Shown here: positions 12,601 through 26,017 of the stretch, piece after piece
How the letters are laid out: each line of letters starts with the position of its first letter
Position numbering within the stretch: position 1 is the stretch's first letter
Translations under genes and position numbers: made by a program
Source: Nemertoderma westbladi
Taxonomy: Eukaryota > Animalia > Xenacoelomorpha
Assembly: GCA_032718475.1 (NCBI GenBank)
Contig: JAUCBJ010001977.1
Location: 62,001-126,000, forward strand
Reading direction: 5' to 3'
DNA length: 64,000 nt
Notes under the pieces: model-generated
Database searches by the model: none
The model's input: the letters and a program-made list of their open reading frames with translations, nothing else
Told to the model about the DNA's origin: nothing

Positions 12601-15600
12601 TCTACCAAGTACATTCACCTAGAAATAGAATCTACCAAGTACATTCACCTAGAAATAGAATCTACCAAGTACATTCAGCTAGAAATAGAATCTACCAAGT
12701 ACATTCATCTAGAAATAGAATCTACCAAGTACATTCACATAGAAATAGAATCTACCAAGTACATTCATCTAGAAATAGAATCTACCAAGTACATTCATCT
12801 AGAAATAGAATCTATCAAGTACATTCACCTAGAAATAGAATCTACCAAGTACATTCACCTAGAAATAGAATCTACCAAGTACATTCATCTAGAAATAGAA
12901 TCTACCAAGTACATTCACCTAGAAATAGAATCTACCAAGTACATTCACCTAGAAATAGAATCTACCAAGTACATTCACCTAGAAATAGAATCTACCAAGT
13001 ACATCCCCCTAGAAATAGAATCTACCAAGTACATTCATCTAGAAATAGAATCTACCAAGTACATTCATCTAGAAATAGAATCTACCAAGTACATTCATCT
13101 AGAAATAGAATCTACCAAGTACATTCACCTATAAATAGAATCTACCAAGTACATTCACCTAGAAATAGAATCTACCAAGTACATTCATCTAGAAATAGAA
13201 TCTACCAAGTACATTCACCTAGAAATAGAATCTACCAAGTACATTCACCTAGAAATAGAATCTACCAAGTACATTCACCTAGAAATAGAATCTACCAAGT
13301 ACATTCATCTAGAAATAGAATCTACCAAGTACATTCACCTAGAAATAGAATCTACCAAGTACATTCACCTAGAAATAAAATCTACCAAGTACATTCACCT
13401 ATAAATAGAATCTACCAAGTACATTCATCTAGAAATAGAATCTACCTAGTACATTCATCTAGAAATAGAATCTACCAAGTACATTCACCTAGAAATAGAA
13501 TCTACCAAGTACATTCACCTAGAAATAGAATATACCAAGTACATTCACCTAGAAATAGAATCTACCAAGTACATTCACCTAGAAATAGAATCTACCAAGT
13601 ACATTCACCTAGAAATAGAATCTACCAAGTACATTCATCTAGAAATAGAATCTACCAAGTACATTCATCTAGAAATAGAATCTACCAAGTACATTCACCT
13701 AGAAATAGAATCTACCAAGTACATTCATCTAGAAATAGAATCTACCAAGTACATTCATCTAGAAGTAGAATCTACCAAGTACATTCATCTAGAAATAGAA
13801 TCTACCAAGTACATTCACCTAGAAATAGAATCTACCAAGTACATTCACCTAGAAATAGAATCTACCAAGTACATTCACCTAGAAATAGAATCTACCAAGT
13901 ACATTCACCTAGAAATAGAATCTACCAAGTACATTCATCTAGAAATAGAATCTACCAAGTACATTCATCTAGAAATAGAATCTACCAAGTACATTCACCT
14001 AGAAATAGAATCTACCAAGTACATTCACCTAGAAATAGAATCTACCAAGTACATTCACCTAGAAATAGAATCTACCAAGTACATTCATCTAGAAATAGAA
14101 TCTACCAAGTACATTCAACTATAAATAGAATCTACCAAGTACATTCACCTAGAAATAGAATCTACCAAGTACATTCACCTATAAATAGAATCTACCAAGT
14201 ACATTCACCTAGAAATAGAATCTACCAAGTACATTCATCTAGAAATAGAATCTACCAAGTACATTCACCTAGAAATAGAATCTACCAAGTACATTCACCT
14301 ATAAATAGAATCTACCAAGTACATTCACCTAGAAATAGAATCTACCAAGTACATTCACCTAGAAATAGAATCTACCAAGTACATTCACCTAGAAATAGAA
14401 TCTACCAAGTAAATTCACCTAGAAATAGAATCTACCAAGTACATTCACCTAGAAATAGAATCTACCAAGTACATTCATCTAGAAATAGAATCTACCAAGT
14501 ACATTCAACTATAAATAGAATCTACCAAGTACATTCACCTAGAAATAGAATCTACCAAGTACATTCACCTATAAATAGAATCTACCAAGTACATTCACCT
14601 AGAAATAGAATCTACCAAGTACATTCACCTAGAAATAGAATCTACCAAGTACATTCACCTATAAATAGAATCTACCAAGTACATTCACCTAGAAATAGAA
14701 TCTACCAAGTACATTCATCTAGAAATAGAATCTACCAAGTACATTCAACTATAAATAGAATCTACCAAGTACATTCACCTAGAAATAGAATCTACCAAGT
14801 ACATTCACCTATAAATAGAATCTACCAAGTACATTCACCTAGAAATAGAATCTACCAAGTACATTCATCTAGAAATAGAATCTACCAAGTACATTCACCT
14901 AGAAATAGAATCTACCAAGTACATTCACCTATAAATAGAATCTACCAAGTACATTCACCTAGAAATAGAATCTACCAAGTACATTCATCTAGAAATAGAA
15001 TCTACCAAGTACATTCACCTATAAATAGAATCTACCAAGTACATTCACCTAGAAATAGAATCTACCAAGTACATTCACCTATAAATAGAATCTACCAAGT
15101 ACATTCACCTAGAAATAGAATCTACCAAGTACATTCATCTAGAAATAGAATCTACCAAGTACATTCACCTAGAAATAGAATCTACCAAGTACATTCACCT
15201 AGAAATAGAATCTACCAAGTACATTCATATAGAAATAGAATCTACCAAGTACATTCACCTATAAATAGAATCTACCAAGTACATTCACCTATAAATAGAA
15301 TCTACCAAGTACATTCATCTAGAAATAGAATCTATCAAGTACATTCACCTAGAAATAGAATCTACCAAGTACATTCATCTAGAAATAGAATCTACCAAGT
15401 ACATTCACCTAGAAATAGAATCTACCAAGTACATTCACCTAGAAATAGAATCTACCAAGTACATTAACCTAGAAATAGAATCTACCAAGTACATTCACCT
15501 AGAAATAGAATCTACCAAGTACATTCACCTAGAAATAGAATCTACCAAGTACATTCACCTAGAAATAGAATCTACCAAGTACATTCATCTAGAAATAGAA

Positions 15601-16961
15601 TCTACCAAATACATTCATCTAGAAATAGAATCTACCAAGTACATTCATCTAGAAATAGAATCTACCAAGTACATTCACCTAGAAATAGAATCTACCAAGT
15701 ACATTAACCTAGAAATAGAATCTACCAAGTACATTCACCTAGAAATAGAATCTACCAAGTACATTCACCTAGAAATAGAATCTACCAAGTACATTCACCT
15801 AGAAATAGAATCTACCAAGTACATTAACCTAGAAATAGAATCTACCAAGTACATTCACCTAGAAATAGAATCTACCAAGTACATTCATCTAGAAATAGAA
15901 TCTACCAATACATTCATCTAGAAATAGAATCTACCAAGTACATTCACCTAGAAATAGAATCTACCAAGTACATTCACCTAGAAATAGAATCTACCAAGTA
16001 CATTCATCTAGAAATAGAATCTACCAATACATTAACCTAGAAATAGAATCTACCAAGTACATTCATCTAGAAATAGAAATAGAATCTACCAAGTACATTC
16101 ACCTAGAAATAGAATCTACCAAGTACATTCACCTAGAAATAGAATCTACCAAGTACATTAACCTAGAAATAGAATCTACCAAGTACATTCACCTAGAAAT
16201 AGAATCTACCAAGTACATTCACCTAGAAATAGAATCTACCAATACATTCATCTAGAAATAGAATCTACCAAGTACATTCACCTAGAAATAGAATCTACCA
16301 AGTACATTCACCTAGAAATAGAATCTACCAAGTACATTCATCTAGAAATAGAATCTACCAATACATTAACCTAGAAATAGAATCTACCAAGTACATTCAT
16401 CTAGAAATAGAATCTACCAAGTACATTCATCTAGAAATAGAATCTACCAAGTACATTCATCTAGAAATAGAATCTACCAAGTACATTCACCTAGAAATAG
16501 AATCTACCAAGTACATTCACCTAGAAATAGAATCTACCAAGTACATTCATCTAGAAATAGAATCTACCAATACATTAACCTAGAAATAGAATCTACCAAG
16601 TACATTCACCTAGAAATAGAATCTACCAAGTACATTCACCTAGAAATAGAATCTACCAAGTACATTCATCTAGAAATAGAATCTACCAATACATTAACCT
16701 AGAAATAGAATCTACCAAGTACATTCATCTAGAAATAGAATCTACCAATACATTAACCTAGAAATAGAATCTACCAAGTACATTCATCTAGAAATAGAAT
16801 CTACCAAGTACATTCACCTAGAAATAGAATCTACCAAGTACATTCATCTAGAAATAGAATCTACCAATACATTAACCTAGAAATAGAATCTACCAAGTAC
16901 ATTCATCTAGAAATAGAATCTACCAAGTACATTCACCTAGAAATAGAATCTATCAAGTACA
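9650..16961. repeat. Minisatellite, 30-bp unit aatctaccaagtacattcaYctagaaatag (~240 copies)
   Basis: Direct tandem repeat of 7.3 kb; shares the aatctaccaa(g/a)taca core with the adjacent 26-bp array. Confidence 0.98.
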
Positions 16962-16987
16962 AATAAGTATCTCCCAAATAAACTAAC

Positions 16988-17186
16988 CTAGCAGGGAATA
17001 TTCTAGTAATTCCACCAGATGTACCCACTAATATGTTAGTGACACCGATTTTCAACCACCTCTCGCATTGTGGAGGCGGGTCGTTGCCGCATAAAGTTGC
17101 ATGGTTTTCAATATACTTGCCGGTTGCCATGGCATCGAGTATTAAGTGACTAATCATGTCCCGTTTTTTACGATCAAGTGGATCAC
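16988..17186 (-). CDS. CACNA2D: alpha2delta exon (C-DPLDRKKRDMISHLILDAMATGKY...GVTNILVGTSGGITRIFPA)
   Basis: Resembles the recalled alpha2delta-1 segment CNTDLINRVLLDAGFT...GVKARFVVTDGGITRVYP. Acceptor ttttatatttttag, donor gttagt; 199 nt, phase 1 in, phase 2 out. Confidence 0.9.
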
Positions 17187-17315
17187 CTAAAAATATAAAA
17201 ATATTTGAACGCTTTAGGCAGCACCAGGCAAGACGAGGAAGACAGTGAACAAGGAAAACCGCGCTCAACTAACTATTATAGCTGTATACTGGTATAGGCT
17301 ACAGTTTGTTGTACA

Positions 17316-17944
17316 TGTTGGCTGACTACAACCCAATACACGTTGGCTGACTACAACCCAGTACACGTAGGCTGACTACAGCCCAGTACACGTAGGCTGA
17401 CTACAGCCCAGTACACGTTGGCTGACTACAGCCCAGTACACGTAGGCTGACTACAACCCAGTACACGTAGGCTGACTACAACCCAATACACGTTGGCTGA
17501 CTACAGCCCAATACACGTTGGCTGACTACAGCCCAATACACGTTGGCTGACTACAGCCCAATACACGTTGGCTGACTACAGCCCAATACACGTTGGCTGA
17601 CTACAGCCCAATACACGTTGGCTGACTACAGCCCAATACACGTTGGCTGACTACAGCCCAGTACACGTAGGCTGACTACAGCCCAATACACGTAGGCTGA
17701 CTACAGCCCAATACACGTTGGCTGACTACAGCCCAATACACGTTGGCTGACTACAACCCAGTACACGTAGGCTGACTACAACCCAGTACACGTAGGCTGA
17801 CTACAACCCAGTACACGTAGGCTGACTACAACCCAGTACACGTAGGCTGACTACAACCCAATACACGTTGGCTGACTACAGCCCAATACACGTTGGCTGA
17901 CTACAGCCCAATACACGTTGGCTGACTACAGCCCAATACACGTA
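17316..17944. repeat. Minisatellite, 25-bp unit ggctgactacaRcccaRtacacgtW (further arrays at 19881-20370 and 22307-22971)
   Basis: Direct tandem repeat, carried along in each unit of the triplication. Confidence 0.95.
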
Positions 17945-20900
17945 GTCTATGCTAAGCTAGTTTTTCGATCACCCACCAATTTTTATACTGTTAGCTACTA
18001 GTTTTTTATCAATTTTTTCAAAATGTGAGCTGTTGTTAGCTAATTATTAAATGTTCTAAAATAAATTTTTTATCCTTGATCTTTTTTAAAAAAAAGTGAA
18101 AAAAATCACATACATACATACTGTAGCTAATTGTTTATATTTTATTTTTGTATAAGTTCTAGAACATTAACATTATTCTAGAACGTTTTATAAAAAGTTA
18201 AAAATCATTCGCAAATATAGCTAGTTTTTGCTATTTAACGGTCAGAAAATGTTCCCTATTCTTAAACTAGAAACGCAACGCAAGCGTTGCGGTAAGGAGC
18301 CCTTTTTACCGAGTTATGAAGACTCTGAAATTAGTATGGTTTTTTTATATATGTATGTTCAGTTTGTTTAACGTCGATTGGATCAACATTTCGGAGAGCT
18401 GGAGTAGAATTATAACCCGACATCTAGTAGGTTCATCCAAATTAGGTTAAAAATGAGTAAAGGCTTCAAAACGATCCTATTAAAAACGATTCTTATTATT
18501 ATATTAAAACGATTCTATTACAGACAGACGGACAGACAGGCGGTCATGATATTAGGCCCTATTACAGTACTAATTAAAATTGTGCACGAGTAGCTTCGCT
18601 GACTAATCGTGGCTCGTTACACAGTATATTAATTTAATACAACGTACGATGTTTCCCATAGTTCCATCGAACTTTTGTTATTGGGTTATTTAATACGCAT
18701 GACCATTCAGTTTGACAAAACATTAACTTTTGTTACATTATGTCAACGTAACAGCGTTCTGGTGAATTACTCGTAACGCTGCAAAGTACGTCAGTTGAGT
18801 TGAATGACTTGGTAAGACCATCAATAGCCCCATAACACGAAAATTGCCATCATAGACTCAATGATAGAAATACCAGCTGGTGCGGATACGTCCAAACTAC
18901 AGATAAGTATTTTACTTGCCAAGTTTTAGTAATAAAAGTTTTAGTTGTGTTTATACTCACTCACACTATCACAGACAGTAATCAAACATCAACTGTTTAT
19001 AATGTATTACCCCGTCAGCGGAATCTCTTCCCAGTGAATCCTATAGGAATATCTACAATGTTATACACACTGCTATGTTATATGGTAGGCCAGCTGAGTA
19101 TTATAAGCACAGGGCCGTTAATTAATTAATAGGGCTGCATTCAAATGGGTCAGGCCCGCCAATAATGCCCCTAAGCCAACTCTCTATGTATTCCTTTGCC
19201 ACAGCAGTCAATGAATGTCTATATACATTTAATTTCGCGACAAAATAATATCAAAAAAACGAAATATATCGAATACCACTCATAAAATCGATCTGAAATT
19301 TTGTAACGCGATTATGAACCACCAAAACAATGTACTTGCAAAATTTAATCAAAAAAGCTAGGCAGGAAGTGTACGAAACTGCAATGGGGTAGACGACTCG
19401 GAAATTTTTTGGTATTTTGATATTTTTGGATGTCAAACCAAAAACAGCTATTATGAAAGGCAGAATAATGGTGACACGGGCAACACTAGTACCAGTAACA
19501 CTTTACAGTGAACTGCCAAAAAATCTAAATAATTTCCATCTAGTGCTAATCTACCCATCCCGCATTGTTCGCTGTAAAAACAATTAAAAAATAGATTAAT
19601 GAAACGCCTGGCAGTATTTAGCTAGCTATATTTGTTCTTAGCTACAGCTCTACGGTACAGGTATGGGCGAAATAAATATTATTCTAGAATAATTAACTTG
19701 ATATAAATCAATTTGCCTCCATACCGCTATCCTATAATCGATTATTAAACACAACATAAATACACATCCAAATAAATACTTAGCTACATTTATTATTTGT
19801 TTTATTTTAGATACTGCAATATTATACTTTATATTAGCCAATCAACTGCGCTTGACAACTGTTGCTGTGTTATGGCTGACAGCCCAGTACACGTAGGCTG
19901 ACTACAACCCAGTACACGTAGGCTGACTACAACCCAATACACGTTGGCTGACTACAGCCCAATACACGTTGGCTGACTACAGCCCAATACACGTTGGCTG
20001 ACTACAGCCCAATACACGTTGGCTGACTACAGCCCAATACACGTTGGCTGACTACAGCCCAATACACGTTGGCTGACTACAGCCCAGTACACGTAGGCTG
20101 ACTACAGCCCAATACACGTAGGCTGACTACAGCCCAATACACGTTGGCTGACTACAGCCCAATACACGTTGGCTGACTACAACCCAGTACACGTAGGCTG
20201 ACTACAACCCAGTACACGTAGGCTGACTACAACCCAGTACACGTAGGCTGACTACAACCCAGTACACGTAGGCTGACTACAACCCAATACACGTTGGCTG
20301 ACTACAGCCCAATACACGTTGGCTGACTACAGCCCAATACACGTTGGCTGACTACAGCCCAATACACGTAGTCTATGCTAAGCTAGTTTTTCGATCACCC
20401 ACCAATTTTTATACTGTTAGCTACTAGTTTTTTATCAATTTTTTCAAAATGTGAGCTGTTGTTAGCTAATTATTAAATGTTCTAAAATAAATTTTTTATC
20501 CTTGATCTTTTTTAAAAAAAAGTGAAAAAAATCACATACATACATACTGTAGCTAATTGTTTATATTTTATTTTTGTATAAGTTCTAGAACATTAACATT
20601 ATTCTAGAACGTTTTATAAAAAGTTAAAAATCATTCGCAAATATAGCTAGTTTTTGCTATTTAACGGTCAGAAAATGTTCCCTATTCTTAAACTAGAAAC
20701 GCAACGCAAGCGTTGCGGTAAGGAGCCCTTTTTACCGAGTTATGAAGACTCTGAAATTAGTATGGTTTTTTTATATATGTATGTTCAGTTTGTTTAACGT
20801 CGATTGGATCAACATTTCGGAGAGCTGGAGTAGAATTATAACCCGACATCTAGTAGGTTCATCCAAATTAGGTTAAAAATGAGTAAAGGCTTCAAAACGA

Positions 20901-23900
20901 TCCTATTAAAAACGATTCTTATTATTATATTAAAACGATTCTATTACAGACAGACGGACAGACAGGCGGTCATGATATTAGGCCCTATTACAGTACTAAT
21001 TAAAATTGTGCACGAGTAGCTTCGCTGACTAATCGTGGCTCGTTACACAGTATATTAATTTAATACAACGTACGATGTTTCCCATAGTTCCATCGAACTT
21101 TTGTTATTGGGTTATTTAATACGCATGACCATTCAGTTTGACAAAACATTAACTTTTGTTACATTATGTCAACGTAACAGCGTTCTGGTGAATTACTCGT
21201 AACGCTGCAAAGTACGTCAGTTGAGTTGAATGACTTGGTAAGACCATCAATAGCCCCATAACACGAAAATTGCCATCATAGACTCAATGATAGAAATACC
21301 AGCTGGTGCGGATACGTCCAAACTACAGATAAGTATTTTACTTGCCAAGTTTTAGTAATAAAAGTTTTAGTTGTGTTTATACTCACTCACACTATCACAG
21401 ACAGTAATCAAACATCAACTGTTTATAATGTATTACCCCGTCAGCGGAATCTCTTCCCAGTGAATCCTATAGGAATATCTACAATGTTATACACACTGCT
21501 ATGTTATATGGTAGGCCAGCTGAGTATTATAAGCACAGGGCCGTTAATTAATTAATAGGGCTGCATTCAAATGGGTCAGGCCCGCCAATAATGCCCCTAA
21601 GCCAACTCTCTATGTATTCCTTTGCCACAGCAGTCAATGAATGTCTATATACATTTAATTTCGCGACAAAATAATATCAAAAAAACGAAATATATCGAAT
21701 ACCACTCATAAAATCGATCTGAAATTTTGTAACGCGATTATGAACCACCAAAACAATGTACTTGCAAAATTTAATCAAAAAAGCTAGGCAGGAAGTGTAC
21801 GAAACTGCAATGGGGTAGACGACTCGGAAATTTTTTGGTATTTTGATATTTTTGGATGTCAAACCAAAAACAGCTATTATGAAAGGCAGAATAATGGTGA
21901 CACGGGCAACACTAGTACCAGTAACACTTTACAGTGAACTGCCAAAAAATCTAAATAATTTCCATCTAGTGCTAATCTACCCATCCCGCATTGTTCGCTG
22001 TAAAAACAATTAAAAAATAGATTAATGAAACGCCTGGCAGTATTTAGCTAGCTATATTTGTTCTTAGCTACAGCTCTACGGTACAGGTATGGGCGAAATA
22101 AATATTATTCTAGAATAATTAACTTGATATAAATCAATTTGCCTCCATACCGCTATCCTATAATCGAGTATTAAACACAACATAAATACACATCCAAATA
22201 AATACTTAGCTACATTTATTATTTGTTTTATTTTAGATACTGCAATATTATACTTTATATTAGCCAATCAACTGCGCTTGACAACTGTTGCTGTGTTATG
22301 GCTGACAGCCCAGTACACGTAGGCTGACTACAACCCAGTACACGTAGGCTGACTACAACCCAATACACGTTGGCTGACTACAGCCCAATACACGTTGGCT
22401 GACTACAGCCCAATACACGTTGGCTGACTACAGCCCAATACACGTTGGCTGACTACAGCCCAATACACGTTGGCTGACTACAGCCCAATACACGTTGGCT
22501 GACTACAGCCCAATACACGTTGGCTGACTACAGCCCAATACACGTTGGCTGACTACAGCCCAATACACGTTGGCTGACTACAGCCCAATACACGTAGGCT
22601 GACTACAGCCCAATACACGTTGGCTGACTACAGCCCAGTACACGTAGGCTGACTACAACCCAGTACACGTAGGCTGACTACAACCCAGTACACGTAGGCT
22701 GACTACAACCCAGTACACGTAGGCTGACTACAACCCAATACACGTTGGCTGACTACAGCCCAATACACGTTGGCTGACTACAGCCCAGTACACGTAGGCT
22801 GACTACAACCCAGTACACGTAGGCTGACTACAACCCAGTACACGTAGGCTGACTACAACCCAGTACACGTAGGCTGACTACAACCCAATACACGTTGGCT
22901 GACTACAGCCCAATACACGTTGGCTGACTACAGCCCAATACACGTTGGCTGACTACAGCCCAATACACGTAGTCTATGCTAAGCTAGTTTTTCGATCACC
23001 CACCAATTTTTATACTGTTAGCTACTAGTTTTTTATCAATTTTTTCAAAATGTGAGCTGTTGTTAGCTAATTATTAAATGTTCTAAAATAAATTTTTTAT
23101 CCTTGATCTTTTTTAAAAAAAAGTGAAAAAAATCACATACATACATACTGTAGCTAATTGTTTATATTTTATTTTTGTATAAGTTCTAGAACATTAACAT
23201 TATTCTAGAACGTTTTATAAAAAGTTAAAAATCATTCGCAAATATAGCTAGTTTTTGCTATTTAACGGTCAGAAAATGTTCCCTATTCTTAAACTAGAAA
23301 CGCAACGCAAGCGTTGCGGTAAGGAGCCCTTTTTACCGAGTTATGAAGACTCTGAAATTAGTATGGTTTTTTTATATATGTATGTTCAGTTTGTTTACCG
23401 TCGATTGGATCAACATTTCGGAGAGCTGGAGTAGAATTATAACCCGACATCTAGTAGGTTCATCCAAATTAGGTTAAAAATGAGTAAAGGCTTCAAAACG
23501 ATCCTATTAAAAACGATTCTTATTATTATATTAAAACGATTCTATTACAGACAGACGGACAGACAGGCGGTCATGATATTAGGCCCTATTACAGTACTAA
23601 TTAAAATTGTGCACGAGTAGCTTCGCTGACTAATCGTGGCTCGTTACACAGTATATTAATTTAATACAACGTACGATGTTTCCCATAGTTCCATCGAACT
23701 TTTGTTATTGGGTTATTTAATACGCATGACCGACCATTCAGTTTGACAAAACATTAACTTTTGTTACATTATGTCAACGTAACAGCGTTCTGGTGAATTA
23801 CTCGTAACGCTGCAAAGTACGTCAGTTGAGTTGAATGACTTGGTAAGACCATCAATAGCCCCATAACACGAAAATTGCCATCATAGACTCAATGATAGAA

Positions 23901-24911
23901 ATACCAGCTGGTGCGGATACGTCCAAACTACAGATAAGTATTTTACTTGCCAAGTTTTAGTAATAAAAGTTTTAGTTGTGTTTATACTCACTCACACTAT
24001 CACAGACAGTAATCAAACATCAACTGTTTATAATGTATTACCCCGTCAGCGGAATCTCTTCCCAGTGAATCCTATAGGAATATCTACAATGTTATACACA
24101 CTGCTATGTTATATGGTAGGCCAGCTGAGTATTATAAGCACAGGGCCGTTAATTAATTAATAGGGCTGCATTCAAATGGGTCAGGCCCGCCAATAATGCC
24201 CCTAAGCCAACTCTCTATGTATTCCTTTGCCACAGCAGTCAATGAATGTCTATATACATTTAATTTCGCGACAAAATAATATCAAAAAAACGAAATATAT
24301 CGAATACCACTCATAAAATCGATCTGAAATTTTGTAACGCGATTATGAACCACCAAAACAATGTACTTGCAAAATTTAATCAAAAAAGCTAGGCAGGAAG
24401 TGTACGAAACTGCAATGGGGTAGACGACTCGGAAATTTTTTGGTATTTTGATATTTTTGGATGTCAAACCAAAAACAGCTATTATGAAAGGCAGAATAAT
24501 GGTGACACGGGCAACACTAGTACCAGTAACACTTTACAGTGAACTGCCAAAAAATCTAAATAATTTCCATCTAGTGCTAATCTACCCATCCCGCATTGTT
24601 CGCTGTAAAAACAATTAAAAAATAGATTAATGAAACGCCTGGCAGTATTTAGCTAGCTATATTTGTTCTTAGCTACAGCTCTACGGTACAGGTATGGGCG
24701 AAATAAATATTATTCTAGAATAATTAACTTGATATAAATCAATTTGCCTCCATACCGCTATCCTATAATCGATTATTAAACACAACATAAATACACATCC
24801 AAATAAATACTTAGCTACATTTATTATTTGTTTTATTTTAGATACTGCAATATTATACTTTATATTAGCCAATCAACTGCGCTTGACAACTGTTGCTGTG
24901 TTATGGCTGAC
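17430..24911. repeat. Intronic tandem triplication: units 17430-19880, 19881-22306, 22307-24911
   Basis: Near-identical ~1.93 kb unique block repeated three times (the same three small ORFs at offsets 2426 and 2605). Units differ by minisatellite copy number and a few SNPs/indels. Confidence 0.95.
18267..18575. mobile_element. Putative Helentron-associated non-autonomous element (HINE/DINE-1-like); copies at +2426 and ~+5027
   Basis: Starts actagaaa followed by the hairpin cgcaacgc-aa-gcgttgcg; (caga)n-type microsatellite near the other end; weak sub-terminal inverted repeat. Confidence 0.45.
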
Positions 24912-25094
24912 GTCACTCGTGCAGTTTTCTGAAACGGCCTGATTTTTCGGTGTTGCTAATTTTGCGTTTTAAAATTGCTATAACTCTGCCAATATTATTT
25001 TTTTTAAAGTAAAATTGCTCTCTGGGGTTTTTTCACATGCTCTTTCACATGAAACCAACGAAAACTCAAAAAACAATTTCCGAGTCGTCTACCC
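24418..25094. mobile_element. MITE with 20-bp TIR gggtagacgactcggaaatt, Sola-like (GGG termini, AATT-like 4-bp flanks)
   Basis: Left TIR at 24418, right TIR aatttccgagtcgtctaccc ending 25094; flanks aatg / aatt. Left halves only are present in triplication units 1 and 2. Confidence 0.7.
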
Positions 25095-25407
25095 AATTCC
25101 GGTATATGGATAGTCTATGGATGGATAGCTATGTATATCCCTCACTGACAATTTTTTCTGACAGTAACTATCCCTGCTCTTTGAGCGGACTCCTAAAAAT
25201 ATAGTCCCAGAACATTTTTTATTCTAGAATGTTCTTTATACATTTTACATTAGTTTGAAACAAACCAAGATTCCATTGAGACTCACCAGTATTCAAAACT
25301 ATAAGCCCTAATAGGGTCGGTTGATATCTTTCGCTATGGAGAGCATTATCATATTGTCCTATTATATTATATATTTATTATAAAGTCCGATTTCAATATA
25401 AACTTAC

Positions 25408-25505
25408 ATGCGGTCCTATAACTGCTGCCATGTCCAATTATTTTCTTAATCTCCTCCTTATATCTCTTATTAGTCCAATTTGTACTGAAATTGTCACAAT
25501 AAAGC
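25408..25505 (-). CDS. CACNA2D: alpha2delta exon (W-LYCDNFSTNWTNKRYKEEIKKIIGHGSSYRTA-C)
   Basis: Acceptor ttttgttatag, donor gtaagt; 98 nt. Completes TG|G (Trp) with the previous exon and T|GT (Cys) with the next; SPWLYC resembles APRDYC/W-YC of alpha2delta. Confidence 0.88.
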
Positions 25506-25700
25506 CTATAACAAAAGGAAAACTTCATATGAAATTGATATTATTAATGTTCTATTTAGACTAGTATTAATGTACATGATCAAGCAATACTAAATGATAA
25601 TAGGCCTAGGCCTATAATAGGTTGATGGCTGATATAGTTATGAGTAGATTGGCGTAGTTTGTAACAGCACCCAGAGTGAACAGTTGTGTTTCATACTCAC

Positions 25701-25948
25701 CAGGGCGATATTAAAACAGTTCCCGGACCGTTAAATGCCTGGGTTACCAGACTGATAGAGTCGCTATCATTGGTCCCGAAATTATGTCCAGTTGCAAATA
25801 GGTAGGTGTTCTCCTCAGATATGTGGTTATCGGCTGGCCTTTGGGTGTCTAGATGGGGGACCCCAGCCACCAGAATGTATGGTGAAGGGGGCTCAGAGTT
25901 GGTTGTTAGACTATAACAGTACTTGTATCTCATCTTCCTTACATATAT
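25701..25948 (-). CDS. CACNA2D: alpha2delta exon (IYVRKMRYKYCYSLTTNSEPPSPYILVAGVP...VLISPW)
   Basis: Acceptor gtttatag, donor gtgagt; 248 nt, phase 0 in, phase 2 out. Positionally equivalent to [27 protein letters not shown]. Confidence 0.85.
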
Positions 25949-26017
25949 CTATAAACATTAAATGGTTCCGTATAATAATTATTGTCATTAAATGTTGTCT
26001 ATACTTACTAATTTGTA

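Noticed and set aside
18947-24872. Three small ORFs repeated three times (possible duplicated exons or peptide genes)
   Set aside because: AT-rich, non-ATG starts, no motifs; identity reflects the triplication, and host exon phases connect across it.
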